Origin: Acidobacteriota bacterium
Lineage (GTDB): Bacteria; Acidobacteriota; Aminicenantia; UBA2199
DNA length: 64,000 bases
NCBI GenBank assembly: GCA_018897435.1
Contig: JAHIKI010000030.1
Location: 9,447 to 73,446 of the forward strand
Reading direction: 5' to 3'
Positions 18,634 through 28,935 of the stretch are shown one piece after another. The position numbers were made by a program, and so were the translations under genes. Position 1 is the stretch's first letter. Each line of letters opens with the position of its first letter. Below the pieces are notes generated by a model. The model was not told the origin of the DNA, searched no databases, and saw only the letters and a program-made list of their open reading frames with translations.

Positions 18634-19659
18634 ATGAAAAAAAAAATAGCCGCTGCCGGCGCTTTCCTCTTGCTCGTTTTCGCTTTTTCTGTTTTTACCG
18701 TTCCTGCGGCCGAAGAGAAGAAACCGTCGAAAAAGGTCTCAAAACTGATGACAAAAGCGCAAAAGGCCATCCAGGAGAAGCAGACCGACCAGGCCATCGA
18801 CCTGTTGCGGCAGGTCATTTCCCTTGAACCGGGCAACGCCATGGTGCGGCACAACCTCGGGGTCCTGCTCCATGAAAAGGGGCAGACCGACGAGGCTATC
18901 GGCAGCTTCGAGGAAGCATTGCGGCTGCAGCCTGATTACCAAAACCCCCTCATGGCTTTGCGTCAGGCGCTTTTCGAAGCCGGCAAGGGCGCCAGCGGCA
19001 ATAAGGATTATGAAAAGGCCAACAGTTTCCTGCTGAAGCTGGACGGCTTGCCTAGTCCGGCGGCAGAGAACCATGGGCTGCTGGCCTCGGCCCACTATCT
19101 ACTCGGCTTCAACTTGTTCAACCTCAAGCAGTATACGAAGGCCAGCGAGTATTTCGGCAAATGCCAAGCCAGCGAAGGACTGGACAAAGAAAACCCGGAT
19201 CTGTACGCCAACTCCACCTATTTTCTCGGGATGATGGGATATATCCAGGGCCAATACGCCGTTTCCAATGAGCATTTTCAGAAATATATCGACTTGTTCC
19301 CCGAAGGGTCGGCCAGGCCTGAATTTTTCATCCACGCCAACTATTTCCTCGGCGCTAATCTTTTCCGCATCCTTGAGGCCAGGCTGGCCAAGGGCGACGT
19401 CTCCAAGATAACCGAATCGGCCGCCGAAATCCTGCCTTACCTGAAAATGGCCGTGGAGAACAAGCTGCCCAGTGAAGATGCTTACGTCATGCTGGGCAAC
19501 TGTTATGTCTACCTGAAGGAGTACGACAAGGCCGTGCGGACCTACAAACAGCTGATCGAACTATTTCCCCAGTCGCAGCAGTTGAAAAACTACCAGGCCT
19601 TCCTGCCGGAGCTTGAGAAAATGCTGCAGCAGGCGCAAAAGCCAAAGAAAAAGCGCTGA
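18634..19659 (+). CDS. secreted TPR-repeat protein
   Basis: A GGAGG SD and a signal peptide (MKKKIAAAGAFLLLVFAFSVFTVPA) are present, along with several 34-aa TPR-like units (e.g. AIGSFEEALRLQPDY). Confidence 0.7.
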   Translation: MKKKIAAAGAFLLLVFAFSVFTVPAAEEKKPSKKVSKLMTKAQKAIQEKQTDQAIDLLRQVISLEPGNAMVRHNLGVLLHEKGQTDEAIGSFEEALRLQPDYQNPLMALRQALFEAGKGASGNKDYEKANSFLLKLDGLPSPAAENHGLLASAHYLLGFNLFNLKQYTKASEYFGKCQASEGLDKENPDLYANSTYFLGMMGYIQGQYAVSNEHFQKYIDLFPEGSARPEFFIHANYFLGANLFRILEARLAKGDVSKITESAAEILPYLKMAVENKLPSEDAYVMLGNCYVYLKEYDKAVRTYKQLIELFPQSQQLKNYQAFLPELEKMLQQAQKPKKKR

Positions 19660-19677
19660 TCTTTTTTTGGATAGAAA

Positions 19678-21009
19678 ATGAGTTCGCCAAAAAGGCCGCA
19701 TTCTCCAGGTTTGATGCTGCTTGCTAGTTTCGCCCTGGCGATCACGGCCGGGACGCTGTTATTGCTCCTCCCTTTGGCCACGACAGGCGGCGGCATCTCT
19801 GTCCAGGATGCTTTGTTCACTTCGACGTCAGCGGTTTGTGTCACCGGTTTGACTGTTGTTGATACCGGTTCCCGCTTCACGCCTTTTGGTCAAACGGTGA
19901 TCCTGATCCTGATCAAATTGGGCGGGTTGGGGATTATGACCTTCACCTCCCTGTTCTTTTTTTTGGCCGGCAAGGGCCTGCGTCTCAGGGACAAGCTGGT
20001 CATCGACAGCAGTTTTACCGTTGAAGGGAAACTGTCCCTGAAACATTTCGTTCGCGATATTTTTATCTTTACTTTCTGCCTGGAGATCATAGGCGCCTTT
20101 GGCCTCTATGCAGCCGGGATCGGTGCTGGCACGGGCCGCCGGGTTTTCATCGCGCTTTTTCACTCGGTATCCGCGTTCAACAACGCCGGTTTTTCCACCT
20201 ATCCGGATAGCCTGAGCCGTTTTTCCGGTCATGTCATGTTGAATATCATCGTGATCCTATTAATCGTTGGCGGCGGCCTGGGTTTCTTTGTGGTGCGCGA
20301 TATCTGGTATAAGATCGGCAATAGAAAAAAATATAAATTTTCGCTTCACTCCAAAATGGTTGTCATCATGACCGTTTTTCTGATCGTCGGTGCGTCCCTG
20401 CTTTTTTTCTTGCTCGAGAAAGAACGATCGCTGAATGGCTTGCCGTTGACCGACCAGGTTTTGGGTTCGCTGTTCCAGTCGGTCACCCCGCGTACGGCCG
20501 GATTCAACACCGCCAACCTTACACTGCTGGCTCCAGCCACGGTGCTGCTGTTGCTCCTGCTGATGTTCATCGGTGCCTCCCCGGGTTCGACCGGCGGGGG
20601 GATCAAAACTACCTCGGCGCTCACCCTGCTGCTTTTTCTGAAAAACTCCCTGCGTCAGAGAAAAAACATCAGAATATGGGGCCGGAACCTGCCCAACGAC
20701 CTGATCCAACGAGTGCAGCTGATTTTTCTCAGTTCCTTGTTCGTGGTTTTGGCAAGCGCATTTCTGATCACCCTGGCCGAAGGGGGGCGATTTTCCCTGA
20801 CCCGGATCTTTTTTGAGGTCGTTTCGGCTTTCGCCACTGTCGGCCTGTCGCTGGGTATCACGGCGCAGCTTTCAACTTTCAGTAAATTTGTTATAATCAT
20901 GACCATGTACACGGGACGTGTCGGCATCATCAACATATTTTTTACATTTCAAAAGGAGCGCTACCTTTCCCCTTATGAATATCCGGAAGAGCGCATCATG
21001 GTGGGATGA
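19678..21009 (+). CDS. ktrB: TrkH/KtrB-family potassium uptake membrane subunit
   Basis: The product shows repeated M1-P-M2 units with selectivity-filter-like TSAVCVTGL, NNAGFS, RTAGFN and SPGSTGGGIKT. Confidence 0.85.
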   Translation: MSSPKRPHSPGLMLLASFALAITAGTLLLLLPLATTGGGISVQDALFTSTSAVCVTGLTVVDTGSRFTPFGQTVILILIKLGGLGIMTFTSLFFFLAGKGLRLRDKLVIDSSFTVEGKLSLKHFVRDIFIFTFCLEIIGAFGLYAAGIGAGTGRRVFIALFHSVSAFNNAGFSTYPDSLSRFSGHVMLNIIVILLIVGGGLGFFVVRDIWYKIGNRKKYKFSLHSKMVVIMTVFLIVGASLLFFLLEKERSLNGLPLTDQVLGSLFQSVTPRTAGFNTANLTLLAPATVLLLLLLMFIGASPGSTGGGIKTTSALTLLLFLKNSLRQRKNIRIWGRNLPNDLIQRVQLIFLSSLFVVLASAFLITLAEGGRFSLTRIFFEVVSAFATVGLSLGITAQLSTFSKFVIIMTMYTGRVGIINIFFTFQKERYLSPYEYPEERIMVG

Positions 21010-21662
21010 TGAAATATTTTTTAGTGATCGGTCTAGGAAGCTTTGGCTACCATATGGTCAAGGCTCTGAGTGAAAAGGGTATGGATGTCGCGGCCATCGA
21101 CCGCGACCGGGCCAAGATCGACAGCGTCAAAGACTTTGCTGTAAAAGCGGCGATAGTGGATGCGGTCGGCCCCGAAGTATTGAAGAAATTCGCGGCTCAA
21201 GAAGCGGCCGCGGTCGTGGTGGCCGTAGGACCGCGCACCGAAGACAGCATTTTTATTGTCCATTTGCTGAAGGAGATGGGTGTGAAGCGCATAATTGCCA
21301 AGGCAAATTCCGAAGCCCATGCCCAGATACTCGCGATCGTCGGGGCCGAAGAAGTGATACTGCCCGAGAAGGATACGGCGGTACGGGTGGCCAGCCATCT
21401 GGTAGATGTCAATGTCCTGGACTACTTGCCCTTGAGCGGCGGATACAGCATACAGAAAATAGTGCCTCCGGAAAAATTTGTTGGCCGATCAATAAGGGAA
21501 CTCGACCTGCGCAACCTGCACGATATCCATGTGATCGCCGTCAGGCACAGCGGCGGTCCCGAAGCCCTGGTGATTCCCCGTGCCGATTACGTCATCAAAA
21601 AAGATGACCTGCTGGTCGTGATCGGCGACGAGAAATCACTGGAAAAAATCGCCCGGGGCTAA
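21006..21662 (+). CDS. ktrA: TrkA/KtrA-family potassium uptake regulatory subunit (RCK)
   Basis: The start overlaps the ktrB stop (ATGA). The protein has an N-terminal Rossmann motif (VIGLGSFG) and a TrkA-C domain, and is 218 aa long. Confidence 0.85.
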   Translation: MMKYFLVIGLGSFGYHMVKALSEKGMDVAAIDRDRAKIDSVKDFAVKAAIVDAVGPEVLKKFAAQEAAAVVVAVGPRTEDSIFIVHLLKEMGVKRIIAKANSEAHAQILAIVGAEEVILPEKDTAVRVASHLVDVNVLDYLPLSGGYSIQKIVPPEKFVGRSIRELDLRNLHDIHVIAVRHSGGPEALVIPRADYVIKKDDLLVVIGDEKSLEKIARG

Positions 21663-21668
21663 TGCTGA

Positions 21669-22835
<1,167 letters not shown>

Positions 22836-22836
22836 A

Positions 22837-23124
22837 ATGCAAAACCAGAATATGCTGGTGCAACTCATTCCATTTGTCGTCATTTTCGGTATTTTTTACC
22901 TGCTGATCATTATGCCGGCCCGGAAGAAACAGAAGCAGCACCAGAACATGATCAGTTCCCTCAAGGGCGGGGAGCGTATCATCACTGCCGGCGGTGTTTA
23001 CGGTACAGTTACGCGGGTCATGGATGACCGCTTTGAAATTCAGGTAGACGGCAATACCAAGCTGCAGATCACCAAATCCTCCATTTCCTCGGTTTTGGAA
23101 GTGGGGGGCGAAAAAAGCAGGTAA
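22837..23124 (+). CDS. yajC: preprotein translocase subunit YajC
   Basis: The 95-aa product has one TM helix followed by GGERIITAGGVYGTVTRV. It sits in the conserved tgt-yajC-secDF order. Confidence 0.85.
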   Translation: MQNQNMLVQLIPFVVIFGIFYLLIIMPARKKQKQHQNMISSLKGGERIITAGGVYGTVTRVMDDRFEIQVDGNTKLQITKSSISSVLEVGGEKSR

Positions 23125-23208
23125 TTCCCATCAAGCGGCTGCATTCGTTCTCAAATCCTGTAAAATATTCTTGCTGATGCGGCAATTAGGATAATAAGGA
23201 GGAACAAG

Positions 23209-24756
23209 ATGGACAAGTCTATGACCTGGAAAGTGGGTTTGATCATTGCCGTGATCGCCCTGTCGATCTGGCTGTTATGGCCGTTGGATAAAAAAATTAA
23301 TTTGGGGCTCGACCTCAAGGGCGGGATGCACCTGATCATGGAAGTCGTGACCGACGAGGCCCTGGCTATCCAGACCGACATGAGCGTCACCCAATTGAAA
23401 GGCCTGCTCAAGGACGGCAGCATCAAGTATGAAAAGATCGTCCGCAAGGGCTTCAATAAAATAGAGATCACCGGCTCGTTGTACGATGATGAACGCAAGA
23501 TCAAGGACATCCTGGATGACGATTTCCGCGATTGGACCTATACGGCAGGCGGCAGCCTGATCTCCCTGGCCTTGCGTCCCAATATCGAGCAACAATTGCG
23601 TGACCAGTCCGTGGACCAGGCCCTGGAAACCATCCGCAACCGCGTCGATGAATTCGGGGTGGCTGAACCCACCATCCAGAAAGAGGGCATGGCCGGGGAC
23701 AAATTGTTGATCGATCTCCCTGGCGTCGACAACCCGGAACGGGTCAAGAGCCTGATCAAAAGCACGGCCATGCTGGAATTCCGCCAGGTGAGCTCCGGGC
23801 CTTTCCTGACCGAAGAAGCGGCTCTGAAGGATTTCAACGGCCAGCTTCCCGATGACCTGGAGATCGTCAAAACCAATCCGCGGCGCCTGGACAAGGGCTT
23901 CTACGTGCTGAAGGCGGCCACAGTCGTCCCGGGCAAAGACCTGAAGAGCGCCCGCCGGGCCCAGGACGAATACGGCGCCCCGGCCGTCGGCTTCTCGTTC
24001 AATTCCCAGGGAGCGGCCCTGTTTGAAAGGTTCACAGCCGCCAACATCGGCAAGCAGTTGTCCATTGTCCTGGATGACCGCATAGAAAGCGTGGCTACCA
24101 TCCAGGATGTCATCTCCGGTGACGGCATCATCAAGGGTCGTTTCACCGTTGATGAGGTAGACGATATCGTGCTGGTATTGCGCTCCGGCGCCCTGCCGGC
24201 CCCATTGAAGTACATTGAGGAAAGGACCATCGGCCCCTCGCTGGGCGCCGACTCCATCCGCAAGGGACTGACCGCCTGCCTTGGCGGTTTGCTGCTGGTG
24301 GTGCTGTTCATGCTGGTTTACTACCGGGCCGCCGGCATCAATGCGATTCTGGCTCTGCTGCTGAACATGCTGATCCTGATGGGTGTCATGGCTTATTTCA
24401 AGGCCACCCTGTCCATGCCCGGCATCGCCGGCATCATCCTGTCCATCGGCATGGCCGTGGACGCCAACGTGCTGATCTTTGAACGCATCCGCGAGGAGCT
24501 GAATATGGGCAAGTCGCCCAAGTCGGCCATCGACGCGGGTTTCAAGAAAGCGTTCTGGACGATCTTCGATGCCAGCCTGACCACGGTCATTTCGGCGATA
24601 TTCCTGTTCCAGTTCGGAACCGGCCCCATCAAGGGTTTTGCTGTCACCCTGATCATCGGCATCGCGGCCAGCATGTTCACCGCCATTTTCGTTTCGCGGG
24701 TGATTTTCGACCTGACCTACGGCCGGCAAAAGAAGCTGTCCAAGATCAGCATATAG
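23209..24756 (+). CDS. secD: protein translocase subunit SecD
   Basis: Contains LGLDLKGGMHL, a large periplasmic domain and a C-terminal 6-TM block (GIAGIILSIGMAVDANVLIFERIREE). Confidence 0.93.
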   Translation: MDKSMTWKVGLIIAVIALSIWLLWPLDKKINLGLDLKGGMHLIMEVVTDEALAIQTDMSVTQLKGLLKDGSIKYEKIVRKGFNKIEITGSLYDDERKIKDILDDDFRDWTYTAGGSLISLALRPNIEQQLRDQSVDQALETIRNRVDEFGVAEPTIQKEGMAGDKLLIDLPGVDNPERVKSLIKSTAMLEFRQVSSGPFLTEEAALKDFNGQLPDDLEIVKTNPRRLDKGFYVLKAATVVPGKDLKSARRAQDEYGAPAVGFSFNSQGAALFERFTAANIGKQLSIVLDDRIESVATIQDVISGDGIIKGRFTVDEVDDIVLVLRSGALPAPLKYIEERTIGPSLGADSIRKGLTACLGGLLLVVLFMLVYYRAAGINAILALLLNMLILMGVMAYFKATLSMPGIAGIILSIGMAVDANVLIFERIREELNMGKSPKSAIDAGFKKAFWTIFDASLTTVISAIFLFQFGTGPIKGFAVTLIIGIAASMFTAIFVSRVIFDLTYGRQKKLSKISI

Positions 24757-24765
24757 GAGTGGAAG

Positions 24766-25938
24766 ATGAAAATATTTAAAATAGAACCCAAGATCAAGTT
24801 CATCAATAAAAGGTATTATGCCTTCGCCCTTTCGGGACTGATCATTTTGGCCGGCCTGGTGACGTTTGTGTCCCGCGGTTTCAACATGGGCATCGATTTT
24901 TCCGGAGGCACCCTGATCGAGGTCAGTTTGCAAGAAAATACGTCGGTCCAGCAGCTGCGCAACACACTGGCCAAGATCAACCTGGGCGACGCCCAGATCA
25001 CGCAGATCGGCAGCGAAAACAAATTTTTCATCAAAACCTTGGCATCATTGAAAAAATTGAACCTCAACAATACCGAAAAAATGGAAGACATCGAAGAATA
25101 CGAGATCGTGGCTCGAGAGATCCGCAGCGGCATCATGGATGCTGCCGAGAGGACCGAGGCCACGGCCGGAAAAATTGATCTGAACAATACTGCTGAGGGT
25201 GAGATCGCCCGTTTTTTAAGGGACAAGGGGTTGAACGATGAAGATGCTCAAGCAAGCGCCCAAATCGTTATCAGCCTGCGCAAGAGTGATACTGGCATCA
25301 TCGGTGATTTTTCCGCCCTGGAAAAGGCCGGCGTCAAGCACCGCGTCATGGACGTTCTGCGCTCCTCGGCTTTTCTGGGAAAATTCACCTTCTTGAAAGT
25401 AGAATTCGTCGGCCCGCAGGTGGGCAAGGAACTGCGCCGCAAAGCAGCCCTGGCTTGCATCTGGGCCCTGATCGGCATGTTGATCTACATCGGTTTTCGC
25501 TTCAAGTTCCTGTATGGGATTTCAGGCGTCCTGACCCTGGCCCACGACGTCTTGATCGCCCTGTCGTTCATCCTGTTCTTCAACATTGAAATGTCACTGC
25601 AAGTCATTGCCGCCCTGCTGACCATCGTCGGTTACTCGATCAACGATACCATCGTGCTTTTTGACCGCCTGCGCGACAACGTAAAGATCATGCGCAAGGA
25701 CAACCTCGAGATCATCCTCGACTTGAGCATCAACCAGACCCTGAGCCGCACCATCATCACCTCATTGACTGTCTTTCTGACCGTACTGTCCCTCTTCTTC
25801 TTTGGCGGCGAGGTGATCTACCCCTTCGCTTTCACCATGCTGGTCGGCGTCGTTACCGGCACCTACTCCACCATCTACCAATCGTGCGCCTGGCTGAAAG
25901 TCTGGGAACAATATTTCTTAAAAAGAAAAAAAAGTTGA
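24766..25938 (+). CDS. secF: protein translocase subunit SecF (with an enlarged periplasmic domain)
   Basis: Contains GIDFSGGTLIE and the C-terminal block VGYSINDTIVLFDRLRDN. At 390 aa it is longer than my recollection of ~300-320 aa. Confidence 0.9.
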   Translation: MKIFKIEPKIKFINKRYYAFALSGLIILAGLVTFVSRGFNMGIDFSGGTLIEVSLQENTSVQQLRNTLAKINLGDAQITQIGSENKFFIKTLASLKKLNLNNTEKMEDIEEYEIVAREIRSGIMDAAERTEATAGKIDLNNTAEGEIARFLRDKGLNDEDAQASAQIVISLRKSDTGIIGDFSALEKAGVKHRVMDVLRSSAFLGKFTFLKVEFVGPQVGKELRRKAALACIWALIGMLIYIGFRFKFLYGISGVLTLAHDVLIALSFILFFNIEMSLQVIAALLTIVGYSINDTIVLFDRLRDNVKIMRKDNLEIILDLSINQTLSRTIITSLTVFLTVLSLFFFGGEVIYPFAFTMLVGVVTGTYSTIYQSCAWLKVWEQYFLKRKKS

Positions 25939-25946
25939 AATTAAGC

Positions 25947-25975
25947 TTGAATTTTACTAGTTTTTGTTATATAAA
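25947..25975 (+). promoter_or_regulatory. sigma70-type promoter candidate for tonB-exbBD
   Basis: TTGAAT (25947-25952), a 17-nt spacer, then TATAAA (25970-25975). Confidence 0.35.
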
Positions 25976-26020
25976 GTATTTTGGAAATATTAAAAAATCT
26001 TTTTTTAATGGAGGCGTAGC

Positions 26021-26767
26021 ATGTTTGGCGAATCCTTGATAATATCGGGAGAAAGACGTAAACCCACCAAAAGGTATTTGACCCTGCCGATATCCTTGTT
26101 GATCCACGCCTTAGCCATCGCATCTTTTATAGTGGTTCCCCTGATGATGGCCGATACGAATCTTCCTGAAGTCAAAGTGACCAATGTCTTTGTCATGGCC
26201 CCGCCTCCACCTCCGCCGCCTCCACCTCCTGCGGCCAAGAAAAAATCCGGTGGCGAACAGAAGGCCACGGAGGCTAAAAAGACCGAAAGCAGGCCGGTTA
26301 TCGCCGGACGGCTGGTAGCTCCGATCGAAGTTCCCACGATCATTCAGGAAGAAGATGTGGGCAGTTTTGGCATCGAGGGCGGGATCGAAGGCGGCGTTGA
26401 GGGCGGCGTTGAGGGCGGCGTGATCGGCGGCGTTCTGGGCGGCGTGGAAGGCGGACAACTGATCGAAGACTCCCAGCAGGCCATCCGCGTTGCCAGCGTG
26501 CAGCGGCCGAGGAAAATCAAAGAAGTCAAGCCGATTTACCCGCAGATCGCACTGACGGCGCGCATCCAGGGCGTGGTCATCATCGAGGCCATGACCGATA
26601 TTTATGGACGCGTGCGCCAAGCCAGGGTCGTTTCCGGTCACCCCCTGCTCAATGAGGCCGCCTTGAGCGCCATCAAGCAATGGGTGTATGAGCCCTACAT
26701 TTTGAATGGTATTCCCAAGCCGGTCATTTTCACGGCCACGGTTACCTTCACTTTGCAGAATATGTAA
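26021..26767 (+). CDS. tonB: energy transducer TonB
   Basis: It has an N-terminal anchor, a run of ten Pro residues, a Gly-rich repeat and a TonB C-terminal domain (PIYPQIALTARIQGVVIIEA...VSGHPLLNEAALSAIKQWVYEP). Confidence 0.85.
   Translation: MFGESLIISGERRKPTKRYLTLPISLLIHALAIASFIVVPLMMADTNLPEVKVTNVFVMAPPPPPPPPPPAAKKKSGGEQKATEAKKTESRPVIAGRLVAPIEVPTIIQEEDVGSFGIEGGIEGGVEGGVEGGVIGGVLGGVEGGQLIEDSQQAIRVASVQRPRKIKEVKPIYPQIALTARIQGVVIIEAMTDIYGRVRQARVVSGHPLLNEAALSAIKQWVYEPYILNGIPKPVIFTATVTFTLQNM
26369..26455 (+). repeat. in-frame 15-nt tandem repeat encoding (G-[IV]-x-G-G)n within tonB
   Basis: ggcatcgagggcggg / atcgaaggcggc / gttgagggcggc (x2) / gtgatcggcggc / gttctgggcggc / gtggaaggcgga, encoding GIEGGIEGGVEGGVEGGVIGGVLGGVEGG. 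Confidence 0.85.
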
Positions 26768-26829
26768 GTTCGTTAGTGGCATGTCCACACGGAATTTATA
26801 AAAATCAATCTTAATTTAGGAGGTCTAAT

Positions 26830-27504
26830 ATGTCATGGGATTTAGTTGAGATGTGGCACAGTATGAGTTTTATCCCCAGAGCCGTTGTTTTTACTCTGGT
26901 GTTCATGTCGGTGTATTGCTTTGCGACCGGCATCGAAAGGGGTATCGTTTTTTCAAAGGCCAAAAGACAGTCCAGAGATCTGCTGAAGCTTATTTCCGGT
27001 CTGTGGCGTGAAGGTAAAGTGGAAGAATCCATTAAACTGGCTTCTGATAAAAGGTTCAAAAATAGCCACCTTGCCAAAGTTCTGGTTGCCGGTTTGAACG
27101 AACTGCAGTTCCAGCAGGAAAGCAAGTCCAGTCACGCCGACGTGGTTGAAGCGGCCAAGAGAGCCATTGAAAGGGCTACGATCAAAGGTGTTCAGGAATT
27201 CAAAAGAGGACTGAACGGTCTGGCGACCATCGCTACCACGGGCCCGTTCGTCGGCTTGTTTGGCACGGTTTTAGGGATCATCACCGCTTTCCAGGGCATG
27301 AAAGTTTCCGGCTCGGGCGGTATCGGTGCCGTGGCCGGCGGTATTGCTGAAGCCTTGATCACAACTGGTTTTGGTATTATCGTCGCTGTCGTTGCCGTGT
27401 GGTTTTTCAATACCCTGCTCAATCGCGTGGATGTTTTCACCGGTGAAATGGCCAATGCTTCTTCGGAGTTGATTGATCATTTTATCAAGTTAAAATCCAA
27501 GTAA
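26830..27504 (+). CDS. exbB: MotA/TolQ/ExbB proton-channel family protein
   Basis: An AGGAGG SD precedes the start. The product has three TM helices with the family motif GLFGTVLGIITAF...GGIAEALITTGFGIIVAV. Confidence 0.85.
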   Translation: MSWDLVEMWHSMSFIPRAVVFTLVFMSVYCFATGIERGIVFSKAKRQSRDLLKLISGLWREGKVEESIKLASDKRFKNSHLAKVLVAGLNELQFQQESKSSHADVVEAAKRAIERATIKGVQEFKRGLNGLATIATTGPFVGLFGTVLGIITAFQGMKVSGSGGIGAVAGGIAEALITTGFGIIVAVVAVWFFNTLLNRVDVFTGEMANASSELIDHFIKLKSK

Positions 27505-27516
27505 GGGGAGAAGAGA

Positions 27517-27945
27517 ATGAGTGTCGATATCGGCTCACAAACTGCAAAGTCTGAGCCCAATGTAGTGCCGCTCTGCGATATTTTATTGGTGTTGCTCATC
27601 ATTTTCATGATCGTGACACCGATGATCCAGAAGGGCGCCAACGTCACTCTGCCGGAAGCCAAATATACAGCCAGTCAACCCGACCCCAGCCAGATGCTTA
27701 CCGTGTATATTAAAAAAAGCGGTGAAATCGCCTTAGATGATAAGGTGGTGGATGATCTGGCGAAACTGGGGCAGCTGATCCTCGACCGTATGGAGGAGAT
27801 GCAAATGACTGAAAAAAAAGTCCTATTAAAAGCTGATTTGGAAGCCGCCTATGGCAGAGTGGTTGATGTAATGAATGCGATCAAGGAAGCTCAGATCGAA
27901 GTGATCGGTTTGGTAACGGAACAAAAAGCATCTACTTTGGAATAG
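27517..27945 (+). CDS. exbD: ExbD/TolR biopolymer transport protein
   Basis: PNVVPLCDILLVLLIIFMI contains the conserved membrane Asp. The product is 142 aa and follows exbB. Confidence 0.85.
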   Translation: MSVDIGSQTAKSEPNVVPLCDILLVLLIIFMIVTPMIQKGANVTLPEAKYTASQPDPSQMLTVYIKKSGEIALDDKVVDDLAKLGQLILDRMEEMQMTEKKVLLKADLEAAYGRVVDVMNAIKEAQIEVIGLVTEQKASTLE

Positions 27946-27955
27946 TTTATTTTTG

Positions 27956-28000
27956 TTAAGAATAAGGGAAGGAGCGATCCTTCCCTTATTCTTAATTTTT
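27956..28000. terminator. bidirectional Rho-independent terminator (perfect 18-bp stem)
   Basis: TTAAGAATAAGGGAAGGA (27956-27973), loop GCGA, TCCTTCCCTTATTCTTAA (27978-27995), then TTTTT. A T-rich tract on the left gives the mirror-image terminator for the minus strand. It lies between the convergent exbD and lipid kinase genes. Confidence 0.7.
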
Positions 28001-28894
28001 GCAAGCCGGAACGCGTACCTTGATGGCGGCCGGAATCACGTTGATATCATAATCCATGAGTTCATTCCCGCCGTATTCCCCGTCGAAATGAAAGGGGATA
28101 GGTCCATTCAGGGAACGGATATGAACCCGGTCAAACTTGAAGGTTTTATAGAAAGGGTACTTATGGATGTTGCCTGTAAAAAGACGCTGGATGTTCAGGG
28201 AGGACTGGATTAGCTTTGTTCTTTTTAATATGCAAAGGTCCAGCAAGCGGTCGTAAGGGGAAGCATGGGGGGCGATGACGGCTTTGGCGCCGTACTGGCG
28301 GAAATTGGCCAAGGCCAGGAGCATGATGTCTTCCTCAAATTCGTTTGTTGCAGTAGTGACCCGTACCTTGAACTGCGGCATTTCCAAATAGCCTTTCAAG
28401 GCGAAATAGACATAGGGCAGGATGCCCCTGGTTTTTGATTCCAGATTGAATTTTTTTGAGATCAACCCGTCCAGGCCCATACCGGCCACATTTAAGAATA
28501 AATTATCGTTGATCTTTCCGGCGTCGATGAACACATCCTGTCCCGAGATCAGTGTATCCAGAGCACGCAGCCAGGAGAGGGGAATATTCAGGTTGCGGGC
28601 CAGTCCGTTTCCCGACCCACCGGGGAGGATGCCCAGGGTCTTGTTGGTGTTTATCAAAGAAGCCGCCACCGAGTTCACGGTGCCGTCGCCGCCGAAAGCG
28701 GTAAAAATGTCGAAATGCTTCAAACCCTGGCGGGTGACCTCGCCGGCCTGCAGGGGCGAGTTGGTGTTGACCAGGGAGACGCTGGTGAAATGACGGCGCA
28801 ATTTCTTTAAAATCAGGGAAACGGCGATATCCTTGGAAATAAATCCCGAGGAAGGGTTCAATATCAGTAATATTTTTTCTAGGCTGCGGTTCAT
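27992..28894 (-). CDS. diacylglycerol kinase catalytic-domain lipid kinase (YegS/BmrU-like), paralog 1
   Basis: Contains ILLILNPSSG, FGGDGTVNSV and LGILPGGSGNGLAR. The stop codon (27992-27994) lies inside the terminator stem. Confidence 0.8.
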   Translation of the reverse strand: MNRSLEKILLILNPSSGFISKDIAVSLILKKLRRHFTSVSLVNTNSPLQAGEVTRQGLKHFDIFTAFGGDGTVNSVAASLINTNKTLGILPGGSGNGLARNLNIPLSWLRALDTLISGQDVFIDAGKINDNLFLNVAGMGLDGLISKKFNLESKTRGILPYVYFALKGYLEMPQFKVRVTTATNEFEEDIMLLALANFRQYGAKAVIAPHASPYDRLLDLCILKRTKLIQSSLNIQRLFTGNIHKYPFYKTFKFDRVHIRSLNGPIPFHFDGEYGGNELMDYDINVIPAAIKVRVPACKN

Positions 28895-28935
28895 GCAGGA
28901 ACATTATACCATATTGGCGGCAGAACTTTCAGGGT

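Noticed and set aside
23275-24933. A 552-aa ORF on the minus strand, the second-longest ORF in the region.
   Set aside because: It is exactly codon-aligned and antisense to secD and secF, both of which carry unmistakable family motifs. Its translation is low-complexity (Gly/Asp/Gln/His/Ala-rich) with no recognisable domain. It is a shadow ORF caused by the absence of TTA/CTA/TCA codons in the sense genes.
26005-26343. A minus-strand ORF encoding a poly-Gly run (GGGGGGGGGGG).
   Set aside because: It is simply the reverse complement of the tonB poly-Pro (CCN)10 tract. tonB is well supported.
26369-26455. Short tandem repeats, considered as a possible CRISPR-like or minisatellite array.
   Set aside because: The repeats are 15 nt, contiguous with no spacers, in frame, and encode the Gly-rich TonB linker. 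No cas genes or repeat-spacer architecture appear anywhere in the window.
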